Assembly: GCF_020745735.1 (NCBI RefSeq)
Contig: NC_083430.1
Span: 39,422,909-39,486,908 of the forward strand
Length of the DNA stretch: 64,000 bases
DNA from: Hemiscyllium ocellatum
Lineage: Eukaryota
Reading direction: 5' to 3'
The notes below the pieces were generated by a model, which did not search any database, was not told the origin of the DNA, and worked only from the letters and a program-made list of their open reading frames with translations. Below are positions 1 through 12,900 of this stretch, piece by piece (the first letter of the stretch is position 1; each line of letters starts with the position of its first letter). The translations under genes were made by a program, and so were the position numbers.

Positions 1-924
1 AGAAGGGGTCTGCAGAAATACTTTGCCCGTACACTTCCACTGGGACTTGTTTCAAACGATTTCCATATTCAAAGTCTCAAGTTCCACATATTATTGAAGA
101 GTTAATCCATATGCTTCCTTGGCACCCTTTTCTCTCAATAGTTTCGGCTGTTAGTAATAGTTCAATAACCATCTTTTTTTTCACTTGTCTGTTCCAAATT
201 TCGGAATCCAAACGATGTCTCAGATCATTCAACTATGGCAGGGACAGGATGAGCTAACCTCAATCTTGTGATACATGCACAGCAATCTGTGGTCAATGAA
301 TAGTGACTCAGACAAGAAGCAAGGCAATGGAATGCTGGTTAGTGTCACAGAGTGCTGCTTGTGGCAATCAGGCTGCTGCCCCAGACAGAATAGAGTCTCA
401 AAGTGCCAGCAGTAGGTCGCAGTCAGAAACATACATTTGGAGGTTAAAGTTCCTTCACAGAGGGTCAGAATGCTACCGTGTTTTATCTTTAGCACCACAT
501 CAGCAGAGAAGATCGCAATCACTAAATGATACACATTTGGCCCAGAGATTTCACAATACAAATATAAAATCAATCCTAATATTAGTGGACATCAATTTTC
601 ATAAAATTATGCAAGGTATAACAATGAAACATGAGCAGACTGTAATGCCACCCAAGGCTGCCAACACATCACTTTCCCTTCCTGGCATATACATCCTGAG
701 ACAGCAGAACGTAACAGGCAGCTCATGTCAGAATGAGAAACCTAGCATACCGGAACTGTGAAAACAAAGAGACCCTGAATTCAGCACTCACTTGCTGAAT
801 TTAACAGGCAGTGGAGCAGTCTCAATTAGTGATATCCAATTAGACAAAATACCCTCAACAGAGTTATCACTTGTTCACGTGATGGATTCTCACCCTGCTG
901 TCTGAACTTTATAGCCCTTGTCCC

Positions 925-3900
925 CTAAACATGTAGAAATGGTGAAGAACCCTGCACCAGGTCAGTGAGGAATTTTCTCCGCTTGTTCTCTAGCCTTTGC
1001 AGGAAGTTGGAGACTCTCTCCTCTCGTTCTCTGCTGTACTTTAAGATCAGTTCCTGTTTGCACTCTGTGCCTTCTGTTTCCCCCAGTGTGCTCATCTGCT
1101 CCAGCACACAGGCAAGATCGGCCTCCACCTGTTGACGCTGACATGCTGCCTCGTGCAACAATTTCGCCTTCTGTAAAATAAAAAGCTAACTTTTAAGTTT
1201 ACATGCAAAGGACAGAACACAGGTCATATAATATTTAATATTTCTTCATATTTGTTGGTCTAATCTGCTCCTAAGCTCATATAATGATCTAATGTTGCAA
1301 TTACTATAAAAATGACAGCCTGTTGCCAGATGAAGGGCTCATGCCCGAAACGTCAATTCTCCCACCCCTTGGATGCTGCCTGACCTGCTGTGCTTTTCCA
1401 GCACCACACACTTCGACCCTCATCCCAACAGCCTGCCCAGCATCCCACCCCAGCCCAGGCTATTCCAATGAGCAACTCTCCCTCTGCACAGACTCTGGAA
1501 TGGGAAAATAGATCGAGAATGCTACTCCTTCCCCTCCAAACCTGACATAAACCTAGTACCAAATTGCCACATTCCTGACACACCTGCTGCAAGTTTCCAC
1601 AGACTCACCTGAAGGGCAGCATGATTGACTTGATACTGCAAGATGGCTTGACAGAGATTCCAGAAAGAGTACTCTGGCCACAGTACCGGCTGGAACACTA
1701 AGCATGAATGAGAGGTCTGCAAAGGTCAACAATGATCATTTATCAAAAACACAGAGACAATGACCAAGGTAGTGAAAAACAATATGAATAGAAAGCATAT
1801 GAAATAATACAAGACAACAGGATTAGATAGTTCAGAGGTTGCACTAGCATGAGTTTGATTTCTACAGTCTACACTTCTGTTTGCATTTTTACTGAATAAG
1901 GAGCGGCGTTATCCTGGTGACCCAGAGGGAACATCCCTTAAAATGACCAAAGTTTCAGAAACGAATAACAAAGGACAATTTATCATTCCTCTTTGTGGAT
2001 TCTTGCTTTGTGAAAATGGCAGACATGTTTGCAGAAATAACACTGAAAATAAATGACTGATTTAAGGTCTTTAATGTGTATGAGGTCCATCTGATGCAGA
2101 ATAAAAATTCGACTTTCTACTCAGTTTAATTTCGGACTACATTGCACATTTCAACCCATAGAGAAAGACAAATCAACATATCTAGGACACATACATGTTA
2201 AATGTTCATGTGTTTTGCCTTTTGGACGTTAATGTCTAGCTGTATATTTACACATTTGCAGTAGAGGAAAAAGATATCACATGGAACATCCCAGGGTAGG
2301 AAGCATCATGGACTGGGATACAGAAACATTAATATAAGCAAAGTATCAAATTAAGATGTGACAAATTTGCAAAGCCAATTAGTTTCCAAGCAGGGTTTTG
2401 GAAAAAATCGTGAGAACATTGAAGCTGCCCCAACTGCAATCTCCCAAAATTCTCACAATTCAGGAACCATGTAAGATTGGAAAATTACACTGGTTCTCAT
2501 CAATGTAAGAAGTAAACATGGGAAAGCTAGGAAATGATAAACCAGTTAACCTGATATCCATTGCTGGGAAATTACTGTATTATATAAAATATTGATGGAA
2601 TTACTAAGCACCTTGAAAGTTTTCAGTTAATCAGAGGGAGCTAGCACGGATTTGTGAAAGGTAGCTCATGCTTGATGAACATGATTGAATTTGTTTTTTT
2701 TTATAGATTTTTTATTGGGAATTTAACATTTTGACAAATTTACAAAAATAAGCAGAATTTTCAAGCACAAACATTAATATAAAAATAGATCTTAAATATA
2801 TAATCATCAAAATTCAACTAATCCACAATCATCCAGAGTGTATAGTTGAGTCGCTTACATCCTTCAAATAAGAGAAAATGTTCTCTAATACACTCATAAC
2901 AGTATGATTAAAAGGAAGCTATTTCCAAACAATAAGAACAAACAAAAAAAAAATTAAACATGTTTGAATGGAGATCTTCCCCCTTGTTCTCAGGGGGCCT
3001 TACTACCTTTCCAACGTTCCACCATATCCTCTCCCAAACAGTGTCCCACCCTCGACCCGGGCGCTCCTTAATAGGATTTAGATATAATACCGAGCTAGAG
3101 TTAACAGTGAGCGCCGCACCCCCACCCCACCCCACCCATACCTGAGTATATCTAATAGCATCAATGCCACGTACAAACACACATAACTATAAAATTACAA
3201 CTCCAACAGATTACAGTTAAGTATAATAACATAGCAAGGAAGACAACCCCGCTCCCAGAGGCAAAAGTAAAGTAGAATAAAGTAACCATTTCTCCCCACG
3301 GAGTGTGGGAGAGGCAAGCCAACATAAATTGTCTCTTACGATTTATTTAACCGAGTCTAAAAGTTTCTTGGCCTCTTCCGATGATCTAAAATTATACTCG
3401 GATCCTTCGTGGGTAAAGCATAACGTCGCTGGGTAGCGTAAGGTGTATTGAATATCTAAGTCCCTTAAACATTTCTTCACCTCATCAAACGCCTTCCTTC
3501 TTCGTGCCAAAGCCGGGGAGAAGTCCTGAAATAACATAATCTTGGATCCTTCATGAATCATAGCTTTAGGATCCTTTCCAAGCTTTCTGGAGGCATCCAG
3601 GAGTATCTGCCTCTCCCTATAACTCTGCAGCCGGAACAGGACCGGGCGTGGGCGCTGGTTTGTGCCAGATCCGCGTACTGCGACCCGGTAGGCCCACTCC
3701 ACCCTTACCCGGTCAGTTTCAGCCCCCAGGTTTAAAATCTGCGGCAGCCATCGCTCCAGAAATGCTACTAACTGTTCTTTCCCTTCTTGCTCTTGAAGGC
3801 CCAGCAGCCGAATATTCTTTCTCCGATTTCTGTTGTCAATATCATCGATGTAAATTTCAAAGGCCCTGACTCTCTGCTCCAGAGCTCTCACCTGTTCTGC

Positions 3901-6900
3901 AGCTGTTTGAGCTGCAGCCTCGGAGGTCGTGGCCTTTAGTTCCACCCCCTCCACTCGGCCCTGCAGCTCTTCCATGATTTGATTCTGTTTCTGCAGCTTT
4001 TCTTCGAATGCATTCCATCGCTGTCGGGATTCTGCGATGAAATTGACGAGTGTCGATTCCAGCCTAGCAATCATCTCTATAAGGCCTGTTTTTACATCAG
4101 CTGCAGCCAGAGGAGAGGAGGGTGGGGGAGGGGTCTTTGTTTTCTGAGAGCTGCGGGGTCCCTTTGATTTACTCATTATCCACTCAGTATTAGACTATTT
4201 AAATATAATATTCAGCAGCTAATTAAGATTAAAGAAATTTTTTGGGTGGTTTGGCAAGTGTGGTGGGGACAGGAAACCCACTTTACCCAGGTTTTGGGAA
4301 GGGCTCTGTAGACTCAGACTTGCTGAGTCGCCGCCATCTTGGATCTCCTTCTGAATTTGTTTTTGAAGAGGTGATTAAAATTGTGAACAGAAACTGCCAG
4401 TGGATGTTAGTTATATTGACACCCTGAAAGCATTTGATAAAGTCTCTCGTGAGATACTGTCAGCCAAAGTTGAAGGTCTCGGAACTGAAGAAAAAATATT
4501 TAAGTAAGAAATTTACTGAATGGCAGGAGACACAGAGTAGGTATGACAGGCAGACACTGTAACTGGTATAATGTGACATAGATAAAACACAGCAATTGAA
4601 CATGCTGGTTGAGTCAAGTTAGAATGGAACATGGTGTGGGAGCAGATCTTACCAGGGATTGGAGGAGGATAGTGAGGAAAATACATCAGATTATTAACTT
4701 AATGTATTCATTCTTAAACATGTGTTGGAGAGCCACAAATCCAGTTGTGCTGGTGACAAAGGTAGGCATCGCCATAAGTGATACAGAATGAAAACGTAAA
4801 AATGCTATGGAAATATTAACAGATTAAGTGAATGGGCAAAACTATGTCAAACTGAGTTCAATGTAGGCAAGTGTGAAGTCACTCATTTTGGGCCTGAAAA
4901 GGTTCAGTTACAATGCTTCCTACATGGTGAAAAGCTAGAAAAGACAGAAGGTTGAAAGAGAGACAGGTTTCCATCTACAAAGATCATTAAAATGGCATGA
5001 TATGTATACAGAATAATAAAAAGGGCATATGGTGTGTTGGCCTTTATAGTTAGAAGACTGGAAAACATAGGCTAAAAGACATACTACAATATAAAAAGTA
5101 CAAAATACTTCACATCTGTGTTCTGTTTGGGCACCACATCTAATCAAAAATATAACTGACTTGGTAGAGATGCAGCATAAATTCAGAATTTTGATATTTG
5201 GACTTTAGAAGCTATAGTAAATGGAGCAATTACCCTAACTGGATTTGTATTCTTGGAAGTTGAATAATAGAGGGATGATGTGGTCATAGTTTTCCTTGCA
5301 TTGATTGGAGTATAGAGCAGCTAGAAAATATTTCTAAGGATAGTTTGGAACTTGCAGATGCAGTAGTCAATTATTAATTTTAAACCTGAAATTGATAGAA
5401 TTTTATTAACCAAAGCTGTTAAGGTAAACTTGGCAAAAGTAGGCATTTGGAGTTAGATCATACATCAGTTGTGATCTCAAAGAAGGACAGAACTGGCTTG
5501 AGGTTGTTAAGTGGTCTCCTGCTGTTATAACGATTTTGTTCAGTTCTATTAAAAAGCTTTCCTCCAGCTTAACCAGTCTCACTCATCCACATGCAAAACA
5601 GCCCAGATCCTAAATATCGTTTAAAACAAAATGATTTTATAAAACTATTTCAACAAACTAAACACGGGACTGGTATGTATTGAGTGTCGCTGTTCACATT
5701 TTGTCTAAATCAGTTCATGCACCGGGGTCAGTATTTAACATCTCCTCCTCCTACAAAGTTTCAGACTGCACTGAAACACTTCCTCACGGCTGGACATTCA
5801 GTTCCAGGACATGGAGTTCTCACGCGGAGATCGAGCAAACTTGCTCAATAACATTTATGTTGCCACAGTTCATGATAACACATTATTCTTAAACACCAGC
5901 CTCACTGTCATGTGGATATAAATTTTACACCATTAGATAAAGGGTTGATATACCCAATTGCTAAACTATACTAATTATAATTAATTATATTAATAAATTT
6001 GTGAAATGGTACAATTGATGGAGTGCATTTTATGGACAACACTTAAAGTAACAGCTCAATGTCAAGTCCTCACCTGCCAGAGCAAGAAGTCACTGAGCCG
6101 CACCTCTCCAGATGTGCGGATCAGTAGGTCTGGGTCTGGGGAGCTGCTAGAGTATAGGCACTTGCCCAGCAGAGACTCCGAAAGGTCACTGAAAGAGGAG
6201 AGCTCATTTTAATGCTGTGTAATGGAACAACTAGCCCTATGATACAAATTTTAAAGAACAAGACACTAGCTAGTCCCCTCCCACGTGTGATACTAATTAA
6301 TCAGTTTTCTGAAAGCTTGAGGTTGATCAGACCTGTATCAGTACGTGTAAAGAGGCAATACTACCTGGGTTTCAGTAACCCTTCTTCAACTCCCAAAGCC
6401 ATCTCACGAACTGCACTGGTGATCTCATGCCGAGAGGTATAGGCGAAGCAAACATTCAGAAAACACCTGCAATGAAGTGGAACGGATAAACGGAACAACA
6501 TTGAGAACCAGATGCAAATGATGAGGAAAGAGGGTGCCCATTTAATCAGACCAAGTGTTAGAGACATTCATCCACTCCTGACAACCGGACGCACAAACAC
6601 GGAGACAGGCATACAGGCAGACACACAGTGCAGTAGAATATCTTACTTGTTGTAACTCTGTGTTGCCAGCACTGCCTGGGCAATCAACTCTTGGATATCA
6701 ACAGGTAGCAGAGTCAAGTTTCCCAAGACTCTGATGCAAACACCATGTTTCTTTAAATTCTCTCTGGGAAATTCAAAATAAAAGCATTTACTTAAAAAAG
6801 AATACCACCACTGTTTTGGGCAAATTTATACTCAACGTATAAAGTAGAAATCACAATGCAATCATTTTAATCCAGATGATGCCACCACTGTGTCCAAGAC

Positions 6901-9900
6901 TATGGCAGCTCAGCTGGTAGCACTGATTGGAGTCAGAAGATTCGGGGTTCATGACCAACTCCAGAATTTAAGCATGAAAGTACAGAGGTGTCAATTTTGG
7001 ATGAGACATTAGAGACCCCAACTGCCCTCTCTGATGAACATAAAGCTTCATGGTATTATTTTGAATATAATTAGCAGAGTTATCCAACTGTCCGACCAAA
7101 AGGTAGACCTTAATCCATATCAGATTACCTGGCCATTATCACTTTACTCGGAGCAACAGTTAATTATTTGTTGAATATCCAGTAAGTGGTCAGGTTTATT
7201 CTATTTCTATAGTGCACCATTATACCAGAACTGGTGGTAAGGTTAATAAAATATATAAAAGCACAAAATTAAATATAATTAAATTTAATTAATTAAAATT
7301 AATTAAAAACAAAATATAAAATTAAAACAATTAAATAGTTAATTAGAACACATTAAGGATGACAGGACAGATGATGTGCTACAGTTGCAACATGAGGTTT
7401 TTTGGATGCGATTTGCTGCGGGATGACATGGATTTGGACCTGAATCTTGTTAGGTATAGGCATTTAGGAAGGAAAGGAGAGTAGGAAAAATTGGAGGGGT
7501 AGTCTGTTAGTTAATGATGATATTTGCACAAGAAGTGCATGACTCAAGTTCAGAAAACCGAGATGTGTATAAGGTTTGGTAGAAACGATACAAAAGGCAA
7601 GAAGTCTTTTGGAAGTGGTGTATAGATTCCTAACTCTACCACATGGCACAGAAGAGCATTAGAAAAAGAATAAACGTGACCTATCAGAAAAACAGTGATT
7701 ATAGTGAGAGATTTTAATATACATATTGGCTGGAAAATCAGCAAAAACAGCCCAGATGACGAGTTTATCGAATATTTTTAGGATCATTTCTTGGAACATC
7801 TTGTTCTGGGGCTGACCAGATAGCAAGCTGTGCTAGATAGGCTGCACAGAAAAATGAATTAATAATCATAGTGATGGCACCCCTAGGTAAAAACAACTAT
7901 AAAAGAATTAAATCTTACATTCAGTTTGAAAGAGAGAGGAGTTTGAGGCTTTTTCAAATCCACATAAGGGAAACTACGAGGGTATGATTAAAACTTGCTA
8001 AAGTGAATTGGCAAATCAGGTTACAAAATAGGTCACCAGTGGCATGGTGACAGACTTTTAAGGGAATATTTAAGAATACACAGAATTGATGCATTCCAAT
8101 TAGTAGAAACATTTCTAAGGGATGAATCCAACATCCATGGGTAATTAGAAAGACAGTATCAAACTGAAAGAAAATGCACATAATCATGTAAAGACAGGCA
8201 GCAGATCAGAAGATTAGACTGAATCCAAAAACAGCAAAGAATTACCAAAAAATTAATGAAAGGGAAAAGGAGTACAAAAAGCTAGCCAGAAATGTAAATA
8301 CAGATAGTTAAGATTTTCTATAAATATTTAGAAAAGAATGTGAATGTTAATCCTATAGAGAGTAAGACTGGAGAATTAATAATGGAAAATAAGGAAATGA
8401 TAAATGAATTGAACAGGTTATGTTACTTGTTTTCACCATAGAGCATATCAGCAACATCCCAAAGGCATGATAAATCAGGAAACAGAAGAGGAGAAACTTG
8501 AAAAATTACCACTACCAGAGAAGTGATAGACAGTAAGTTGCTGGGGTTGACATGTGCCTGGGACATGACAAATTTCATACTAGGGCTGTAAACAAAGTGG
8601 CTAGTGCAATATGCATTGGTTTAATTTTCCAAAACACTCCCGATTTAGGGATGATCCCATAACATTGGAAAACAGCAAATGTAACTCCTTTATTCAAAAA
8701 TAGAGGGAGACAAAGTGGGAAACTACAGACCCAGCTATCTTAACATCAGTCAGAGGGAAAATATTGGAAGCTATGATTAAAGGCTTTATAGAAGCACACT
8801 TTGTTAGGTTCAAGGTAATTAAGCAAAGACCATCAGGGTTTGTGAAAGGGACATTACATTTGACCAATCTATTGGAGTTGTTTGAGTCAGTTAACACATG
8901 TTGTAGATAAAAAGGAACCAATGATGTACTGTACCTATATTTCCAGAAGGCTTCTGATAAGATGCTATATCAATTGTTATTGTGGAAAATACATTGCTGA
9001 TGGTGTAGGGGTAGATGAACAAGTTGATTAAAATACTTACAGGAATAGATGGCAGGTATGGTTCCCAAATTTGCTCATGACAAAATCAATAGAATGTTAT
9101 CATTTAACATAAGGGGAATGGAACACAAAAGTAGTAAAGTTATACTTCAGTTATATAGGGCACTGGTGAGACCATGTCTGGTGTATCATGCACAGTAACA
9201 GTCACTTTGTTTCAAAGGAAGTATGTAAATGCACTGGAGATAGTTCAAAGAAGATTCACTAAACTAATATAAAAGATGGGTGGTTTGAATTATGAAAAAA
9301 AGATTGGGCAGGCTTTTGTCTGCTGGAGTTTAGAAAAGGTGCCTTAACTCAAGCATTTAAAATCCTGAAGGGTCTTGACATGATGCATAGAAAGGGTGTT
9401 TCCTTACAGGAGAATATAGAATTAGAGGTCACTGTTTAAACATCAGGGGTCACAGATGAGGCAAAATTCTGAGGGTTGGAAATCTTGGAATTCCCTTCCT
9501 GAAAAAATGATGGAAGCAGAGTCCATGAATATTTTTAAGGCAGAGGTAGACATTCTTGTTAAGTGGTTGCAAGGTTGTGAAGGATGGATGGGAATGTGGA
9601 TTTGAGATTATAATCTTAACAGCTATATTGCATTGTGCAGCTGGCTTGAGGGGCTGAATGGCCTACTACTACCCCTAAAATCTATAGCATTTGTCACTCT
9701 AAATTAAAATGAGAAATCTGTATCTGATATTTTGTGTATTGGAGACGATGCAGTCCATACCTCTTCACTTCAGTGCTATTTACAGTATTGTTATGACATA
9801 CAGTCAGTTTTGACATAATATGACAGTTCCATTCTCATGTGATGTCACATTATAAGAAAGTCACACAATAGCCACGCCATTTAAACTAATGGGGCTGGAA

Positions 9901-12900
9901 TCGCATTATAGACAATACAGGTATTAAAAAAAAGGTCTAAATTCTACAATCATGTTAGTGCCAAATTGTTTTGAAGAAATACACATTATAGCAGAACCAA
10001 CTGTTCATGGATACCAACAGGATTCAGGAATGAAATGGGAAGTCCATTGGGCAGTAGTTGGGAATGAAAATTCTCATTTCTCCTTCTCAGAGTCCATGAA
10101 GAGAAGGAACCCTGGCTGATTTCCATCCTCTAACCTAGATACCAATGCAGTCTGTGAACTGCAGCCCTCCCGGCTGGGTTGGGTGAGTTCATGTCACATC
10201 AAAAATGAGTCAGGGTCATTGTTGTTGGATGCCATTGCCCCAACAACTTACACCTTTCCTCAGTCCTTATACCTCTGGTCAGGCAAGAGGGAGATTGTGT
10301 ACATGGAGAGAAGTGCCTGGAGTCAGCCACAAGACATTGTCGGAAAGATGATGAAATAACCCAGATACTCCAGCTTTGATTGTGAAGTTAATAGTCATTG
10401 TGATGGAGTAACACAGCAGGGACCTATTATTAGACTTGGTGTATGTATTTAACATCAGTGCAATTTTTCAAAAGCCTACTGTTCCTCGAGGAGTCTCGTG
10501 AATTTCTGGCGTGCAAGTTCCATCAGTCCATCCACTTCCTCTTTGGAGCGCTTGAAATTCTCAATACTGAAGGCATAAACAGTCACTTCTCGGATATTCA
10601 GGTTCAAACACCAGCGAAGGGTCTGCAAAAAAAAATCAAACCTTGTCACTTCCGCATTACAGCTCACAGAGATCTCATCTCAATTGATAACCTTGATTCC
10701 CGGAACTCCTCATTCCCATGCTTTGTGGTCTTTCTACCCTTCTTACTCCGGGTTTGGGTAGATCAGAGAAGAAATTGTGTGACTTGGGGGTCAGTGTAGA
10801 AGGGAGGGACTTTTAGATTTGTGGGACATTGTGCTCACTTTTGCGGAAGGAAAAAGCAGTTTAGAAGAGATGGGCTTCATCTGAGCAGAAATGGAACTAA
10901 TTTGATTGACAGAGTAAATAGTGTTGTGGGGGTGGATTAGCTAATGGGCCTAGTTTTGGAAGTACCAGAGAAGGCAAAAGAGATGGGGAATGGGGAAAAA
11001 GAAATGAGGGAAGGATTTAGTGACAGTGAACAAAGAAATGATTGCCTTCCAAGAGAAAGATAAGGGCAGGATTAAATTTTATGTATGTAAGTGCACAAAG
11101 AATCGTGAAAAATAACGTGGGGACTGGGAGCAGAAATTGCTGTTAGGGGATATGATAGCAGCATTGACAGAAGCGTGACTCAAGCCAGAACAGGAGTGCA
11201 TACTTACCAGCCTGGGTTATGAGGCTTTTATGAGGGTAGGTAAAAAAGGATGTGCAGCAGTCTTGATTAAAGATAGTCTCATTGCCCTTGAACAAGATGC
11301 AGTTCCTGAATTAGCATTTATATGATCGGACGTGAGAAACAGGAAGGGAGCTGTGACCTTGTTAGGTATTTATTTTAGACTTCCAAATAGTGAGGAGGAA
11401 GTAGAAGAGAGGACTTGTAGGCAGATTATGAAAGTTTTCGGAAGTAAGGTTGTGATAGTTGGTGATTTCAATTATCTTAGGATAGACTGGGAAAAAGATA
11501 AAGTGTGGGGCAATGAAGAGGAAACATTCCTCTAAGGTGTGCAGGAGAACTTTCTGAAAGAGTACATTTTGGAAATGAGACAGGCAAAGTGCGGAATGTC
11601 AGACTGGGGGGATATTTGGGAAATAACAATCATAAGATAATGTAGTTCAATATTAAATTGTAAAAGGATAAAAATCGGTCAGTTATCAAGATTCCAGCCT
11701 GGAAACGGGAAAATTTTAGGGCTTTAAAAGTTAAACTTAAGCAAGTTGACTGGAAGCATATTTCAGTAGATAAAAAAGTGGATGAAAAATTAGAGAATTT
11801 CAAAAGAAAGACGAATAGGGTGTAAGCACACGAGAAATAAATGAGGTTTTCCAAAGCTAGAGTATCTTGAATGACTAAGAATAGCGATGAGAAAATAAGG
11901 AAGGAGAGGGAAGCATACAATGCATACCAGAATATTAATAGCAATAGAATTCAGGAAAGATATCTCAAATGCAGGAGAGAGGCTAAGGCCAGATTAAGGA
12001 AGGCTGAGGAAGAATGAAGAAAGGAGGGGCAGGCTGTGATAAAAGAAAAAGTAAAATGCAATTCAAACCTGTTAAAAGATTACTGAAGGATAGAGTGGGG
12101 CACATAAGGAAAAGCAGGGTATGCTGTTCACTGAAGCAAAGAGTATAGCAGAGGTACTAAATGAGTACTTTGCTTGTCTTTTCCATTTTGAAAATGGTGA
12201 CAATCACCTAATTGAAAACATGCATGTTGAGCACCTGAGCAGTACAGTAATAGATAAAGAAGCAAGGGCTGGCAGCGCTCCAGGTAGAGAAGTTGCCAGG
12301 TCCAAATGGGATACATCCTAGTTTGCTGCGAAGGGTAAAGGAGAAAATTGCAGGGCTGTTGATAGAAATTTTCTAGGCCTTCTGAACACAAGATTAGTCC
12401 CTAGAGACTGAAAGATTGCAAATGAGACACGATTGCTTAAGAAAGGGGCAAAGGATAACCCGAGAAACTGCAAACCTGTCAATGTGATGTAAATAGTGGG
12501 AAAGAAAACTGATGGAGGTCATATTACAGGACAAAGTCAATATGTATGTAGAGAAAACATAGTTAATACTTGACAGTCAACATGGCTTTGTCAAGGGCAG
12601 GTTACGTCTGACCTGGCACTGGAGGAGGATAATACTAGGTATGTTATACAATTGGACTTTCAGAAAACATTTGATATGATGCCTCATGGTAGGTTGGTTA
12701 GCAAATTAGAAATATTTTGAATGGATAGGTCCTTGGCAGCAGAGATTAGAAGTGTCCAAAAGATAGAAAACATAGGGTGTGTATGGATGAGCTTTATTCA
12801 GACTGACGATGAGTTGAAAGTTGTATTCTTCAAGGAGCGGTGTTGGGTTCCTAGCTTTTTCCGATTCATATTGTTACGAAGTTGAAGGTGTGTACTGTAC

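Larger units (their letters stand above)
2300..5530 (+). mobile_element. Degenerate CR1 LINE ORF2 fragment, split by the L1-derived element
   Basis: Decayed RT-encoding sequence (HGFVKGxSCLxN...F|EEV...) resumes across the TSD; CR1-like 3' end near 5500. Boundaries approximate. Confidence 0.75.

Noticed and set aside
229-761. Overlapping 114-aa and 152-aa ORFs
   Set aside because: No recognisable domain; they lie in the presumed DHDDS 3' UTR.
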